A DNA stretch of 64,000 nucleotides from Desulfovibrio sp. GTDB taxonomy: Bacteria > Desulfobacterota > Desulfovibrionia > Desulfovibrionales > Desulfovibrionaceae. The notes under the pieces were generated by a model. It was not told where the DNA came from. It saw nothing but the letters and a program-made list of their open reading frames with translations, and ran no database searches. Made by a program: the position numbers and the translations under genes. Below are positions 49,642 to 64,000 of this stretch, in pieces. The stretch lies in assembly GCA_031291035.1 (NCBI GenBank), contig JAISLI010000026.1:4537-68536 (forward strand), in the 5' to 3' direction. Numbering within the stretch: position 1 is the stretch's first letter; the number at the start of each line of letters is the position of its first letter.

Positions 49642-51714
49642 TCAAAAAATCAGCAAATGCCGGGACTGACGGGCGTCAAGGGCCAGCACAAGCCGGTTCC
49701 CCTGTATGCCCGACACCTCGCCGCCGGCAATGTCGCGCGCGTATTTTCCGCGCATCTCCTGAGGAAGATTTATGGAAAAGTCACGGGGCACGGCCGAAAA
49801 ATTTGTCGCCAGCAGCCAGTGCCGCCCGTCCGGAAGTTCGCTTATGGCGGCCGCGCAGCCAGCCGGGCCGGCCACTATCGCCCGCAGGGAACCCTGATGC
49901 AGACCAGCCCCCCGGCGGGCCAGCAGAAGATTTCTGACGGAGTGCAGGAAACTCGCGCCGTCAGCCCACTGGACCGGCAATGCTCCAAAAACGGGAGCGG
50001 GCTGGGGGCGCTGTCCGTTCATTTCCCACACAGGGACCACGGCCGCGCCGTCATTGGCGGATGCATGGACGGCGGCATCGGGAGCCAGCGCTCCGGTCAA
50101 ATCATGCGGACTGAGAAACACGAGGCCCGGCAATCCGATCTTCCAGGAGAGCAGGGAAAGGCAGGCCTGCCGCATGGCCCGCGCGTTTTCCGGCAGGGCG
50201 GCCCGTTTTGCGTCCAGACGTAGCGCGCGCGCGGCCAATGAGGCGGCTGTCGCCAGGCTGCCCAAATTTTTGGCCGCCCCCCCCGCGAGATGTTGAGCCT
50301 TGCGGATCAGTTCCGCCCCGTTCTCCACTTCCAGAAAAGCCCGCCAGTCCACCCGCGCCCCCTCATCCAGACCGCGCACCAGACGGCTGTATTCCACCCC
50401 CTGGGCCGCCGGGGCGCGCAAAAGCGCCGCCAGAGGCCCGGCATCCCCGCTGAGCAGGGCATAGGCGGCGGCCGGCCATGCGGCCGCGTCCCTGGCAAAG
50501 TCCACCGCGCCGTTGAGGATGCGCCGCGTCAGGGATTGGGGCAAAACGTCCGCCTGCGCCAGCCAGCCCCCATAGCGATGGACCTCGCGGGCCATATCGT
50601 CGAGGGCCTCCGGCCCCGGCGTCAATTCGCTCCATTGCCCCCCCGGCGCGGCGCGGAGGCCGCCCGGCAAATCCTGGCGCGCGTCAAGCCCCATGAGCGG
50701 TTCCAGCCTGACGGCGGCGAGCGCCTGCCGTTGCGCGCCCGTATGTTGTATGGCGGCGGCCGAAAAAATACGGCGGGCGTTGCCGGAAGGATCCTGCCAA
50801 AGGAGCACCGGCCGCGACACATTGCCGCTGTAGCGGTACAGCCAGCGGCGTGCTTGCCCGTCAGCCCCGTGTATTTCTCCGGTGACGGCCCAGCCGCCCC
50901 GGGTTGCCCAAGGCAACCCGTCACGGGTCAGACGCGCGGGCAACAGCCCATCATCGGCAAATTTCGCCGCCGCGGCCGGGGACAGCGGTTTACAGTCCCA
51001 CTCCGAAGCGGAGGCCGGCAGCATTTCCCGGTACTTCGGCGGAACCGGCAGCATCGCGTAAATTCCGTCAAAACGCGAGGCCCGTCTGGCCTGAAGCATA
51101 AAATCCGGCCCCATGCCCGTGGCCGCCGGAAGCAGGGAGCCGCCAAGCTGTATCCGGAATTTTTCCAGGCCGTCGGCCAGGTTCTTGAAGTCGTCGTCCT
51201 TGCCCAACCCGTGAGCAAAGCGCAAGGAGACAATGTTGTCTCCCGCCGCCCCGTCCGGTCTCGCCGGCCCGGCGGAGCCCCAAACGTCGGCGCGCTCTCC
51301 GGCGGGGGCCACATAAATTCCGCCGAAGCCCGTTCCGGACAGGAAGGCCAGAAAATCCGTTTCGGCAAGAACCGCGAACAGCGGGCGATCCCCGGAGGCA
51401 ACCAGATCCGGATTGACATCAAGCCAGTTGGGGGCCGCCTCAAGCAGCAGATTCGGACGCAGCGCCGCGGCGCTGTTGCGCCAGAGAATCCGTGTGCCGG
51501 AAATACCGGCCGTAATCTGCGCCGCGGACCTCAGCATGGATTGATGTTCCAGCCACTGGAGATAGGCCGGATCCGCCCTCGGCAGCAGCACGGCACCGGG
51601 ATCCGGCGGCCCGGCATCCGCCTGACGGCGCGGGGCGCAGGCCGCGACAAGCGCGAGCAGAAGCAGCGCCGCAACCCGCCTTCCCGCAACATGGCGGCGC
51701 AGAAAAAATATCAT
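49642..51714 (-). CDS. Lipoprotein resembling Pseudomonas-type trehalose synthase (GH13 TreS-like)
   Basis: Lipobox LVAAC; YLQWLEHQSML, LPAATGMGPDF, GIYAM..V.....LLP, RWLYRY, P.L.WQDPS. Confidence 0.55.
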   Translation of the reverse strand: MIFFLRRHVAGRRVAALLLLALVAACAPRRQADAGPPDPGAVLLPRADPAYLQWLEHQSMLRSAAQITAGISGTRILWRNSAAALRPNLLLEAAPNWLDVNPDLVASGDRPLFAVLAETDFLAFLSGTGFGGIYVAPAGERADVWGSAGPARPDGAAGDNIVSLRFAHGLGKDDDFKNLADGLEKFRIQLGGSLLPAATGMGPDFMLQARRASRFDGIYAMLPVPPKYREMLPASASEWDCKPLSPAAAAKFADDGLLPARLTRDGLPWATRGGWAVTGEIHGADGQARRWLYRYSGNVSRPVLLWQDPSGNARRIFSAAAIQHTGAQRQALAAVRLEPLMGLDARQDLPGGLRAAPGGQWSELTPGPEALDDMAREVHRYGGWLAQADVLPQSLTRRILNGAVDFARDAAAWPAAAYALLSGDAGPLAALLRAPAAQGVEYSRLVRGLDEGARVDWRAFLEVENGAELIRKAQHLAGGAAKNLGSLATAASLAARALRLDAKRAALPENARAMRQACLSLLSWKIGLPGLVFLSPHDLTGALAPDAAVHASANDGAAVVPVWEMNGQRPQPAPVFGALPVQWADGASFLHSVRNLLLARRGAGLHQGSLRAIVAGPAGCAAAISELPDGRHWLLATNFSAVPRDFSINLPQEMRGKYARDIAGGEVSGIQGNRLVLALDARQSRHLLIF

Positions 51715-51737
51715 GCCCCGGAACACAGGCCCGCCGT

Positions 51738-52535
51738 TCAATCCGCCGAAGATTCTTCGGCTTTTGCCCTGTCCCACAGGGCTTCTTTTTCATCGGGCGA
51801 AAGGGAGGCAAAATCCTGTCCCCGCTCCTCCGCCAAGGCCTCCATCCGGGCAAAGCGCCGCAAAAATCTTCGCGCGGCGAGGTCCAGCGCCTCATTGGCC
51901 CTGATTCCCCTCCGGCGGCCAAGCTCAACCAACGAAAAAAGCAGATCGCCGAATTCATGCCCGCGGGCGGCGGCGTCCTCCCCGGCGGCGGCGTCAAGCC
52001 ATTCGAGCCATTCCGCCTCCACCTGCCGGGCGGCCGCCTCGTCATCCTTCCAGGTGAAGCCGGCCCTAGCCGCCCTGGAATGAATCCGGTACGCCTTTAT
52101 CAGCGGGGGCAGCGTATCGGGCAGGGTGGCGAAAACACCCCGCCGGGCGCCGTGTTCCCCCGCGTGTTCCGCCCTTTTGATCCGCTCCCAGGCCTCAAGT
52201 TGCCCGTTGATGTCGCTGAAAACCCTGTCGCCGAAAACGTGCGGGTGGCGGCGAATCATTTTTTCCCGGCTGACGTCCAGCGCGTCCCCGAATCCGAATT
52301 TTTCCTGTCTTTCATAGAGGCGGCTGACAAAAAGCAGCAAAAACAGCACGTCTCCGAGTTCCTCGCGGACGTCCGCGGCCTTTCCGGAACGAATGGCGCA
52401 GACAAGCTCATGGCTTTCCTCAATAATGTAATCGCAAAGACTTTCCGGGGTCTGCGCCTTGTCCCAAGGGCAGCCGTCCGGGCCAATGAGCGTGTCGATA
52501 ACGGCAAAAAGTTTTTCCAGGGCCGGAGACGGCAT
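51738..52535 (-). CDS. mazG: Nucleoside triphosphate pyrophosphohydrolase
   Basis: GCPWDKAQT, EESHEL, EELGDVL, KMIRRHPHVF, EFGDLLF. Confidence 0.95.
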   Translation of the reverse strand: MPSPALEKLFAVIDTLIGPDGCPWDKAQTPESLCDYIIEESHELVCAIRSGKAADVREELGDVLFLLLFVSRLYERQEKFGFGDALDVSREKMIRRHPHVFGDRVFSDINGQLEAWERIKRAEHAGEHGARRGVFATLPDTLPPLIKAYRIHSRAARAGFTWKDDEAAARQVEAEWLEWLDAAAGEDAAARGHEFGDLLFSLVELGRRRGIRANEALDLAARRFLRRFARMEALAEERGQDFASLSPDEKEALWDRAKAEESSAD

Positions 52536-52587
52536 TCTGTCTTCCTTGGGTTTGGCCGGCGTCGGGGCCGAGCATTCATCAACGTGG

Positions 52588-53076
52588 TCACACGCCGGCC
52601 ATGTCGCGCAGTTCCGGCGGCAGCCAGTTTCTGACCTGCTCCGTCAGCGCGTCCAGATACGGCAAGACGCGCGACTGCTTCATAAACGGCTCGTCAGGGA
52701 AAAATTTTTGCAGAACTATCAGGGCAAACGCGCACAGCAGCATTCCTTTGGCAAAGCCGACAAGCGTGCCGGCGGCTTTGTCCACCCAGGAAATGAAGGA
52801 AAAAACGAGGATTTTTTGCAGCACTCGCGCCAAAAGCCCGACGACAAGAATAACGGCCAGAAAAATCAGGACATAGGCGGCTATGACGCGCCATGACTGG
52901 CCGCCTATGAAATCCAGATGGCCCGCCAGCAGAGGATGCCATGTCCAGGCCGCCCAGAATCCGCCCACAATGACGGCAAGGCCCGCCACTTCACCGACAA
53001 AACCTTGCAGAAAACCCCGTCCGGAGAAAAAAACCAGCACGAGAACAACAACCAGATCAAAAATGTCCTGTCCCAT
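52588..53076 (-). CDS. cvpA: CvpA family membrane protein
   Basis: DLVVVLVL...[24 protein letters not shown]. Confidence 0.88.
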   Translation of the reverse strand: MGQDIFDLVVVLVLVFFSGRGFLQGFVGEVAGLAVIVGGFWAAWTWHPLLAGHLDFIGGQSWRVIAAYVLIFLAVILVVGLLARVLQKILVFSFISWVDKAAGTLVGFAKGMLLCAFALIVLQKFFPDEPFMKQSRVLPYLDALTEQVRNWLPPELRDMAGV

Positions 53077-53247
53077 CCGGAACTCCCTTTGCATTGTCGG
53101 GAGAACATAACAAAAGCCCGTCAAAGATACAATCGCATGCCCCGCGGGTTCAAGTTTTTCTGTACAGCCGGAAACATCCGGGGTATACTGGACAGCATCA
53201 TTTATCCGGAGGGATTTCAACAGCATGGCAGCAGCGCAGCCGAACGC

Positions 53248-57745
<4,498 letters not shown>

Positions 57746-57755
57746 CCCGATGCGT

Positions 57756-57793
57756 ATGCCGCGCACCGGCCCCAAGGGGCCGGTGCGCGGCAT
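57756..57793. repeat. Perfect 18-bp inverted repeat between por and pta
   Basis: ATGCCGCGCACCGGCCCC-AA-GGGGCCGGTGCGCGGCAT; no U-tract. Confidence 0.9.
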
Positions 57794-57826
57794 GTCCCCG
57801 CCAACCGCCCGGAACTGGAGGACAGC

Positions 57827-59932
57827 ATGTACAACGGCCTCTATATCACAGCCACATCCCAGCGCAACGGCAAAAGCGTCATCGCCCTCGGCATGATGCA
57901 GCTTTTGAGCCGCACGTTGCGCAAGGTGGCGATTTTTCGCCCGATTATCAGCGAACCGCAGCTTGACGACCTTGATCCGGACATCAACCTGATGCTCAAA
58001 CACTTCAAAATCGACATGGAGTACGCCGCCACCTTCGCCTACACCTACACGGAGGCGCGGGAAATCATCAATCAGGGTTCCCGCAGTCTTCTTGTGGAAA
58101 ACATATTGCGCAAATATAAAAAACTCCTTGAGACCCACGATTTTGTCCTCTGCGTCGGCACCGATTTTCTGGGCAAGGATCCCGTGCCGGAATTCGAGCT
58201 CAATGTCGAGATAGCCGCCAACCTGGGGTGCCCGGTAATTCTCGTCACCACCGGCGAGAACAAAACCGCCGATGAGGCGCGCGAATCCCTCCAGCCGGTC
58301 ATGGACGCGCTGGCCCAGTATTCCGTGGACGTGATCGCCGCCGTCATCAACATGGCCGGCCTGACCCAAACCGAGCTTGACGAACTCCGCCGGCATTTCG
58401 CCCGCGGGGAAAGCGCCCCCCTGCTCTATGCCGTGCCGGACGAGCCGCTTGTCGGCAAACCCACCATGCGGGATGTGCAAAAAATCGTCGACGGCGAAAT
58501 CCTCTTCGGCCACAACCGCATGGACGCCCTTGTGGGCGACTATCTTGTGGCGGCCATGCACGTGGACCATGTGCTGCAGTACATCGCCAAAGATCAGCTT
58601 GTCATCGCCCCCGGCGACCGCACCGACATGCTGCTGGCCGCCATAGCCTCGCGGCTGTCCTCCTCGACGCCGGATATAGCGGGCGTGCTCCTCACGGGCG
58701 GGCTCCGGCCGCCCGCGGAGGTATGCGACCTCATAGAGGGCTGGTCAGGCTCGCCTCTGCCGGTGCTGCTCACCAGACATCACACCTACAAAACCATTCT
58801 GGCCCTCAGGGAAATTTACAGCGTCATCGAGCCCGACGACATCCGCAAAATAAACACGGTACTCGGCCTGTTTGAACACTATGTCAACGGCAAGGAAATC
58901 GCCGAACGCCTGCAAACCAGGTGCGGCAGCCACACAACGCCCATGATGTTCGAATTCAACCTGATAGAGCGGGCCAAAAGCGCCAGAATGCGCATCGTTC
59001 TGCCCGAAGGGACGGAAGAGCGCATTCTCCGGGCGACGGACATTCTGCTCCGCCGGGACGTCGCGGAAATCATTCTGCTGGGCGATCCCGGCGTCATTGC
59101 GCAAAAGGCCCAGGCCCTCGGCCTGGACATCGGTAAGGCCGGGGTAATCAATCCCGCGGCATCGCCCAGGTTTGACGAATACTCCCAAAGCTACTTCGAG
59201 TTCCGCAAAAACAAGGGCATTACCTCGGAACAGGCGCGCGACATCATGTCCGACGCCACCTATTTCGGCACCATGATGGTGAAAAAAAACGACGCCGACG
59301 GCATGGTGTCCGGTTCCGTCAACACCACGTCCCACACCATCCGCCCGGCCTTTGAATTCATCAAGACAAAGCCGGGCTTTTCCGTGGTTTCCTCGGTATT
59401 TCTGATGTGCCTCAAAAATCGCGTGCTGGTTTTCGGCGACTGCGCCGTCAATCCCAATCCGACCGCGCGGCAACTGGCGGAAATCGCCATCGCCTCGGCC
59501 CGCACCGCCAGGGTTTTCGACATTGAGCCCCGCGTGGCCATGCTCTCCTACTCCACCGGCACGTCGGGCAAGGGGGCCGATGTGGATATTGTGGTGGAGG
59601 CCACAAAAATCGCCCGACAACTGGCGCCCGAACTGGCGATTGAAGGCCCCCTGCAGTACGACGCGGCCATTGACCCCGCGGTCGCCAGGACAAAGCTGCC
59701 CGACAGCGAGGTGGCGGGCCGGGCCACCGTGTTTATCTTCCCGGACCTGAACACCGGCAACAACACCTACAAGGCCGTGCAGCGCGCCGCCGGGGCGCTG
59801 GCCATAGGCCCGGTGCTCCAGGGGCTGAACAGACCCGTAAACGATCTTTCCCGCGGCTGCACGGTGGCCGACATTGTAAACACCGTCGCCATCACGGCCG
59901 TGCAGGCGGCGGCGGAAAAGGCGGACGGCTAG
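57827..59932 (+). CDS. pta: Phosphate acetyltransferase (long form with DRTGG domain)
   Basis: N-terminal AAA_26, PGDRTD, VLPEG, FGDCAVNPNP, GPLQYDAA, FPDLNTGN, DLSRG. Confidence 0.97.
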   Translation: MYNGLYITATSQRNGKSVIALGMMQLLSRTLRKVAIFRPIISEPQLDDLDPDINLMLKHFKIDMEYAATFAYTYTEAREIINQGSRSLLVENILRKYKKLLETHDFVLCVGTDFLGKDPVPEFELNVEIAANLGCPVILVTTGENKTADEARESLQPVMDALAQYSVDVIAAVINMAGLTQTELDELRRHFARGESAPLLYAVPDEPLVGKPTMRDVQKIVDGEILFGHNRMDALVGDYLVAAMHVDHVLQYIAKDQLVIAPGDRTDMLLAAIASRLSSSTPDIAGVLLTGGLRPPAEVCDLIEGWSGSPLPVLLTRHHTYKTILALREIYSVIEPDDIRKINTVLGLFEHYVNGKEIAERLQTRCGSHTTPMMFEFNLIERAKSARMRIVLPEGTEERILRATDILLRRDVAEIILLGDPGVIAQKAQALGLDIGKAGVINPAASPRFDEYSQSYFEFRKNKGITSEQARDIMSDATYFGTMMVKKNDADGMVSGSVNTTSHTIRPAFEFIKTKPGFSVVSSVFLMCLKNRVLVFGDCAVNPNPTARQLAEIAIASARTARVFDIEPRVAMLSYSTGTSGKGADVDIVVEATKIARQLAPELAIEGPLQYDAAIDPAVARTKLPDSEVAGRATVFIFPDLNTGNNTYKAVQRAAGALAIGPVLQGLNRPVNDLSRGCTVADIVNTVAITAVQAAAEKADG

Positions 59933-59986
59933 CCCCGGTTGCCGGCGCGGTCGCCGGACAAAAAAACCAACGCAAAGGAAGGCGCC

Positions 59987-61201
59987 ATGAAAATTCTGGT
60001 CATCAATGCGGGCTCGTCCTCGTGCAAATATCAGCTTCTGGAGATGGACACGCAAAGCCTGCTCTGTTCGGGGCTGGTGGAACGCATCGGCGCGCGGGCG
60101 GGCTGCCTCACGCACAGAACGTACAGGGACGGCAGGGAAGAAAAAATCGTGCGTGAACACCCCTTCCCCACGCATGAGGAAAGCATGGAGGAGGTCATTG
60201 CGCTTCTGGCTGATCCCGAAGCGGGCGTCATCAAAAACAAAAATGAAATCGCCGCCATAGGCCACCGCGTGGTGCACGGCGGCGAGAAGATTGCCGAGCC
60301 GGTGCTGGTGACCCGGCGCGTCAAGGACATCATACGCGAATGCTTTATGTTCAGCCCGCTGCACAACCCCGCCAATCTCACGGGCATCGAGGTGACGGAA
60401 AAGCTGTTTCCCGGTGTGCCGAACGTCGCGGTTTTCGACACGGAATTCGGCATGGGCATTCCCGAGGAAGCCTACATGTACGCGCTGCCCTACAGTTTGT
60501 ATGAGGAGCTCGGCATACGCCGCTACGGCTTCCACGGCACGTCCCACAAATACATTGCCCACAGAACGGCGGAGTACCTCGGCAAAGCGCCCGGGGAGCT
60601 TTGCTCCGTCACCATGCACCTCGGCAACGGCTCGTCCATGACCTGCGTGAAAAACGGCGGGTGTTTCGACACAAGCATGGGCCTGACGCCGCTGGAAGGC
60701 CTTGTCATGGGCACCCGCTGCGGCAGCATTGATCCGGCCATAGTGCCCTTTGTCATGGAGAAAAAGGGCCTGTCGGCTTCCGAAGTCGACGCCCTGATGA
60801 ACAAGCAATCCGGCCTGCTCGGCCTGTGCGGGCACACCGACATGCGCGATGTGCACAGCCGGATTGAAGCGGGCGACAAGCGGGCGGACCTGGCCTTCAA
60901 CATGCTTGTCCGCAGCGTCAAAAAAATTCTCGGCTCATATCTGGTTTTGCTGGAGGGCAAAACGGATGCCGTGGTCTTTACGGCGGGCATCGGCGAAAAC
61001 GACAGCCTGCTGCGCGCCGCGGTGTGCGAGGGCATGGAGGCCTTCGGCATAAAACTGGACAGGACGGAAAACAGCGCGCGCAAGCCGGGCGCGCGGACGA
61101 TCTCCACGCCGGACAGCAAAATCCCGGTATTGATCATCCCCACCAACGAGGAATTGCAGATCGCCTTGGCGACAAAGGACCTGCTGGAGCAAAGCGCGTG
61201 A
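59987..61201 (+). CDS. ackA: Acetate kinase
   Basis: INAGSSSCK, GHRVVHGG, PLHNPAN, RRYGFHGTSH, HLGNGSS, TNEE. Confidence 0.97.
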   Translation: MKILVINAGSSSCKYQLLEMDTQSLLCSGLVERIGARAGCLTHRTYRDGREEKIVREHPFPTHEESMEEVIALLADPEAGVIKNKNEIAAIGHRVVHGGEKIAEPVLVTRRVKDIIRECFMFSPLHNPANLTGIEVTEKLFPGVPNVAVFDTEFGMGIPEEAYMYALPYSLYEELGIRRYGFHGTSHKYIAHRTAEYLGKAPGELCSVTMHLGNGSSMTCVKNGGCFDTSMGLTPLEGLVMGTRCGSIDPAIVPFVMEKKGLSASEVDALMNKQSGLLGLCGHTDMRDVHSRIEAGDKRADLAFNMLVRSVKKILGSYLVLLEGKTDAVVFTAGIGENDSLLRAAVCEGMEAFGIKLDRTENSARKPGARTISTPDSKIPVLIIPTNEELQIALATKDLLEQSA

Positions 61202-61239
61202 AACCGTAACTTCGCCCTGAAGCGATTCCGCCCCGCAGC

Positions 61240-61716
61240 TCAGAACACGCCCGGCAGCCCGTGGTCACGCAGGGCCGCGTCGCAGGCACCCAGGTGATAG
61301 CCGCTGTGCGAGGCCAGCATCACGGCCGTCGCCATGTACGACAGCTCCCGGCCGATTTTCTTCGACAACGCGGGGTTTGTCCCGGCCAGGGCGGCATCCG
61401 TCAAACGCGCGAACCAGGCGTCCACGCGGAATTTTACTGCGGCCGCGTATTCCTTCATGGCGGCCCTGCCGACAACCTCGCCTCCCCGCGCCTTGAGGCG
61501 GGCGGCCTCCGCGCCGAACGGCGCGGGTGGCATGCTTTCCCCATCGGGGCACACAAAAAGGTCCATCACCCAGAAGGCATGCGCGATCTGCTGCCAGACG
61601 GGCCAGCCGCCGTTCTCTTCCGCCCAGACCTCGTCCGGGCAAACCTTCAGGTACTCCGTCAGCAGGTCGTACATGTGTTCAAACGGCCCTTGCGCCGCCT
61701 GCGCCTCGCGGGACAT
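61240..61716 (-). CDS. DinB-like protein
   Basis: WQQIAH, HSGYHLG; four-helix DinB pattern. Confidence 0.7.
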   Translation of the reverse strand: MSREAQAAQGPFEHMYDLLTEYLKVCPDEVWAEENGGWPVWQQIAHAFWVMDLFVCPDGESMPPAPFGAEAARLKARGGEVVGRAAMKEYAAAVKFRVDAWFARLTDAALAGTNPALSKKIGRELSYMATAVMLASHSGYHLGACDAALRDHGLPGVF

Positions 61717-61727
61717 GTTTTTCCCTC

Positions 61728-61852
61728 CAGAGCAATTTCGCTTTGAGATTGTCGCTTGCGGCGGAGTAAATCCGCCTTGCGACAATCTCGCGGCAAGGAT
61801 TTGCGGAAAAATTCTTGCGGAGCAGCCCGACTTTTTCAAAGATGGACTGCTC
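61728..61852. repeat. MITE-like repeat copy
   Basis: CAGAGCAATTTCGCTTTGAGA terminus and GCAAGGATTTGC..AAATTCTTGC core. Confidence 0.75.
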
Positions 61853-61860
61853 CGGCCTGA

Positions 61861-62370
61861 TTATTCAAAACGGCTCGCGCCCGTAATCAAAACCATATCC
61901 GCCGGAACATTTTCATGGATGCCGCGGGATATTGTTTTCACCCCGGCGATCTTGTCCACAACGTCCATTCCTTCAACAACCTTGCCGAAAACGCAGTACC
62001 CCCACCCGTCGGGCGTAGAGGCGGCATGGTTGAGAAAGGCATTGTCATCGAGATTGATGAAGAACTGGGCGGTCGCGCTGTGCGGTTCGCCGGCGCGGGC
62101 CATGGCAATGGTTCCGCGCTCGTTGGCAAGGCCGTTGTCCGCCTCGTTTTCAACCGGGGCTCCGGCGGGTTTTTCCTCCATGCGGGTGGAAAGGCCGCCG
62201 CCCTGAATCATGAAACCCGGAATGACGCGATGAAAAATCGTGTTCCGGTAAAAGCCGTCATCCACGTAGCGTAAAAAATTTTCAACGGTTTTCGGCGCCT
62301 TGTCCGCAAAAAGCTCCAGCAGGACATCTCCCGAGGAAGTTTCCAGCAGAATCACGGTGTTGTCCGGCAT
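61861..62370 (-). CDS. ppiB: Cyclophilin-type peptidyl-prolyl isomerase
   Basis: [38 protein letters not shown]. Confidence 0.95.
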   Translation of the reverse strand: MPDNTVILLETSSGDVLLELFADKAPKTVENFLRYVDDGFYRNTIFHRVIPGFMIQGGGLSTRMEEKPAGAPVENEADNGLANERGTIAMARAGEPHSATAQFFINLDDNAFLNHAASTPDGWGYCVFGKVVEGMDVVDKIAGVKTISRGIHENVPADMVLITGASRFE

Positions 62371-62431
62371 GGCCGCTCCTTGTCAACATTTGCTCCAGCA
62401 TACGCCGGATGAAAGGGGATTGCAACCGCCG

Positions 62432-62484
62432 CCGGGCTTTGCCGGCAAATCCTTGCGGAGCATTTCAAGTGTGAAATGCTCTAA
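62432..62484. repeat. MITE-like repeat, partial copy
   Basis: GGCAAATCCTTGC core then GAGCATTTCA-AGTG-TGAAATGCTCTAA terminus. Confidence 0.72.
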
Positions 62485-62501
62485 TTATCCCGGCTTCTCT
62501 C

Positions 62502-63473
62502 CTATTGTCCCGCAGTCGCCGCCCAGCAGGCCGTCTGGCGGTCGCCGTCAGCGATTGTCCGGGGCGGTTCCTCCCGGCAGCGGGCAACCGCATCCGGACA
62601 GCGCGGATGAAAAGGACAGCCTTCGGGCATATCCCGCAGGCCCGGCACCGTGCCGTCAATGGCGGGCATGCGTCGTAAACCCAGACAATGACGCCCCGGC
62701 GCGGCGCGTATAAGCCCGCGACTGTAAGGATGACGCGGACCCGTAAAAAAACCCGCCGCCGGGGCGTACTCCACCAGGTGTCCGGCATACATGACGCCCG
62801 CAAAATCGGCGATCTGCGCCGCTACGCCGAGGTCGTGCGTGATAAAAAGCACCGTCATGCCGCGTTCCCTGCTCCGTGATACGATAAGACGCAGAATCTG
62901 TCCCTGTATAGTTGTGTCAAGAGCCGTGGTGGGTTCGTCCGCCAGAAGCAGTTCCGGCCGGCAGGACAGGGCCATGGCTATCATGACCCGCTGCCTCATG
63001 CCGCCGGACAGCTGATGCGGGTAATCCTCATAGCGGCTTTCCGGAGAAGGTATGCCGACCTCGGAGAAAAGTCCTTCCGCGCGTTCGCGCGCTTCACGAG
63101 CCGTCAGACCGAAATGCAGCCGCAACGGTTCCGCCGTCTGCTCCCCCACTGTGAGCACCGGATTGAGCGACGTCATAGGTTCCTGAAAAATCATTGCCGC
63201 CCCCGCTCCCCGGAAGCGGCGCAATTCCTTCTCCTTCAAGGAAAAAATATCCTTTCCGTGAAAAAGGACGCGCCCCCCCACTCTGGAGTTCTCCGGAAGA
63301 AGACGCATGACGGCGCGCGCCGTAAGGCTTTTGCCGCAACCGGACTCACCCACAAGGCAGGTCACGGACCCCTCGGGCAAAACAAGATTCAGGTCGCTGA
63401 CGGCCGCAAGCGGCATGCCTCCGACGTCAAAACACACGGAGAGGCGATCAAGGGCAAGCAGGGCATTCGACAT
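62502..63473 (-). CDS. Oligo/dipeptide ABC transporter ATPase (OppD/DppD)
   Basis: GESGCGKS, IFQEPMTSLNP, LSGGMRQR, ADEPTTALD, HPY, GCPFHPRC. Confidence 0.93.
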   Translation of the reverse strand: MSNALLALDRLSVCFDVGGMPLAAVSDLNLVLPEGSVTCLVGESGCGKSLTARAVMRLLPENSRVGGRVLFHGKDIFSLKEKELRRFRGAGAAMIFQEPMTSLNPVLTVGEQTAEPLRLHFGLTAREARERAEGLFSEVGIPSPESRYEDYPHQLSGGMRQRVMIAMALSCRPELLLADEPTTALDTTIQGQILRLIVSRSRERGMTVLFITHDLGVAAQIADFAGVMYAGHLVEYAPAAGFFTGPRHPYSRGLIRAAPGRHCLGLRRMPAIDGTVPGLRDMPEGCPFHPRCPDAVARCREEPPRTIADGDRQTACWAATAGQ

Positions 63474-63482
63474 AAGCGGATG

Positions 63483-64000
63483 TCACCGGGCTACCTGAAT
63501 GCGACGAAGATTGACGTAGGCCTGCCGCATGGCAATGTAGGGGTCCACCGCCGCCCTGTTCATCTCTTCATAAAGGGGGAGTATGTCGTCCATATCGTTA
63601 AAGCGCAAGTAAAGTTCCGCTCCGGTGGCAAGCTCCCAGGGACTCACATAAAACAGAGGATCGGCAAACAGGTTTCCGATACGCCCCAGGGTGTCACGCG
63701 GCGATGAGGGGCCGATGACAGGCCAGACAATGTAAAAGCCGTGCCCTATGCCCCAGCTCCCCAGAGTCTGCCCGAAATCCTCCCCGCCCGGCTCCACCGG
63801 AACAATGGTTTTTTTATCCTTGGCCACATTGGCGAAGCCGAGGCTGGTGGTTGTATTGATGATAAAGCGGCCGAATTCAACGCCGGCCTCCATAAAACGA
63901 AACTGGAAAATATTGTTGACGAAGCGTACGGGGAAAAAAAGGTTGAAAAAAAAATTTTTCATGCCGCTACGGAACTGACGCGGCGTAACAGCGGCATATC
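63483..64000 (-). CDS. mlaA: MlaA/VacJ lipoprotein, 3' part (starts beyond the right edge)
   Basis: RFIINTT, EDFGQTLG.WG, YIVWPVIGPS..RD, DPYIAMRQAY. Confidence 0.9.
   Translation of the reverse strand, partial: YAAVTPRQFRSGMKNFFFNLFFPVRFVNNIFQFRFMEAGVEFGRFIINTTTSLGFANVAKDKKTIVPVEPGGEDFGQTLGSWGIGHGFYIVWPVIGPSSPRDTLGRIGNLFADPLFYVSPWELATGAELYLRFNDMDDILPLYEEMNRAAVDPYIAMRQAYVNLRRIQVAR

Overview
GC-rich chromosomal segment from a Desulfovibrionaceae-like sulfate reducer (inferred from gene content: archaeal-type aroA'/aroB' operon, por-pta-ackA, stand-alone dnaA paralogue). Most of it is housekeeping: aromatic amino-acid synthesis, ddl, Co/Ni ECF transport, cobalamin genes, lysC, nnr, ugd, surE, folE2, PFOR/Pta/AckA. 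Accessory or notable parts: (i) an AT-rich cassette at about 40.3-46.6 kb next to a truncated integrase and tRNA-Glu/tRNA-Gln. It encodes a 1606-aa NERD + tandem kinase + Upf1-like helicase and a partner with no recognisable PLD HKD motif (Mokosh type I-like anti-phage system, possibly a variant). (ii) A suyAB-TTT transporter-comC-like sulfolactate desulfonation cluster with a TctA-TctB fusion. (iii) A 33-aa Phe/Trp/Tyr-rich leader peptide with terminator and antiterminator upstream of the aro operon. (iv) A (TG)15 tract between putative -35 and -10 boxes upstream of a DUF1156 methylase gene at the left edge. (v) A dispersed MITE-like repeat family with TAGAGCA-type ends. (vi) Signs of decay: tyrA pseudogene, ISAs1 remnant, and no lactate genes between por and pta. 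No CRISPR array or rRNA was seen. All family assignments come from motif recognition by eye; no database search was run.
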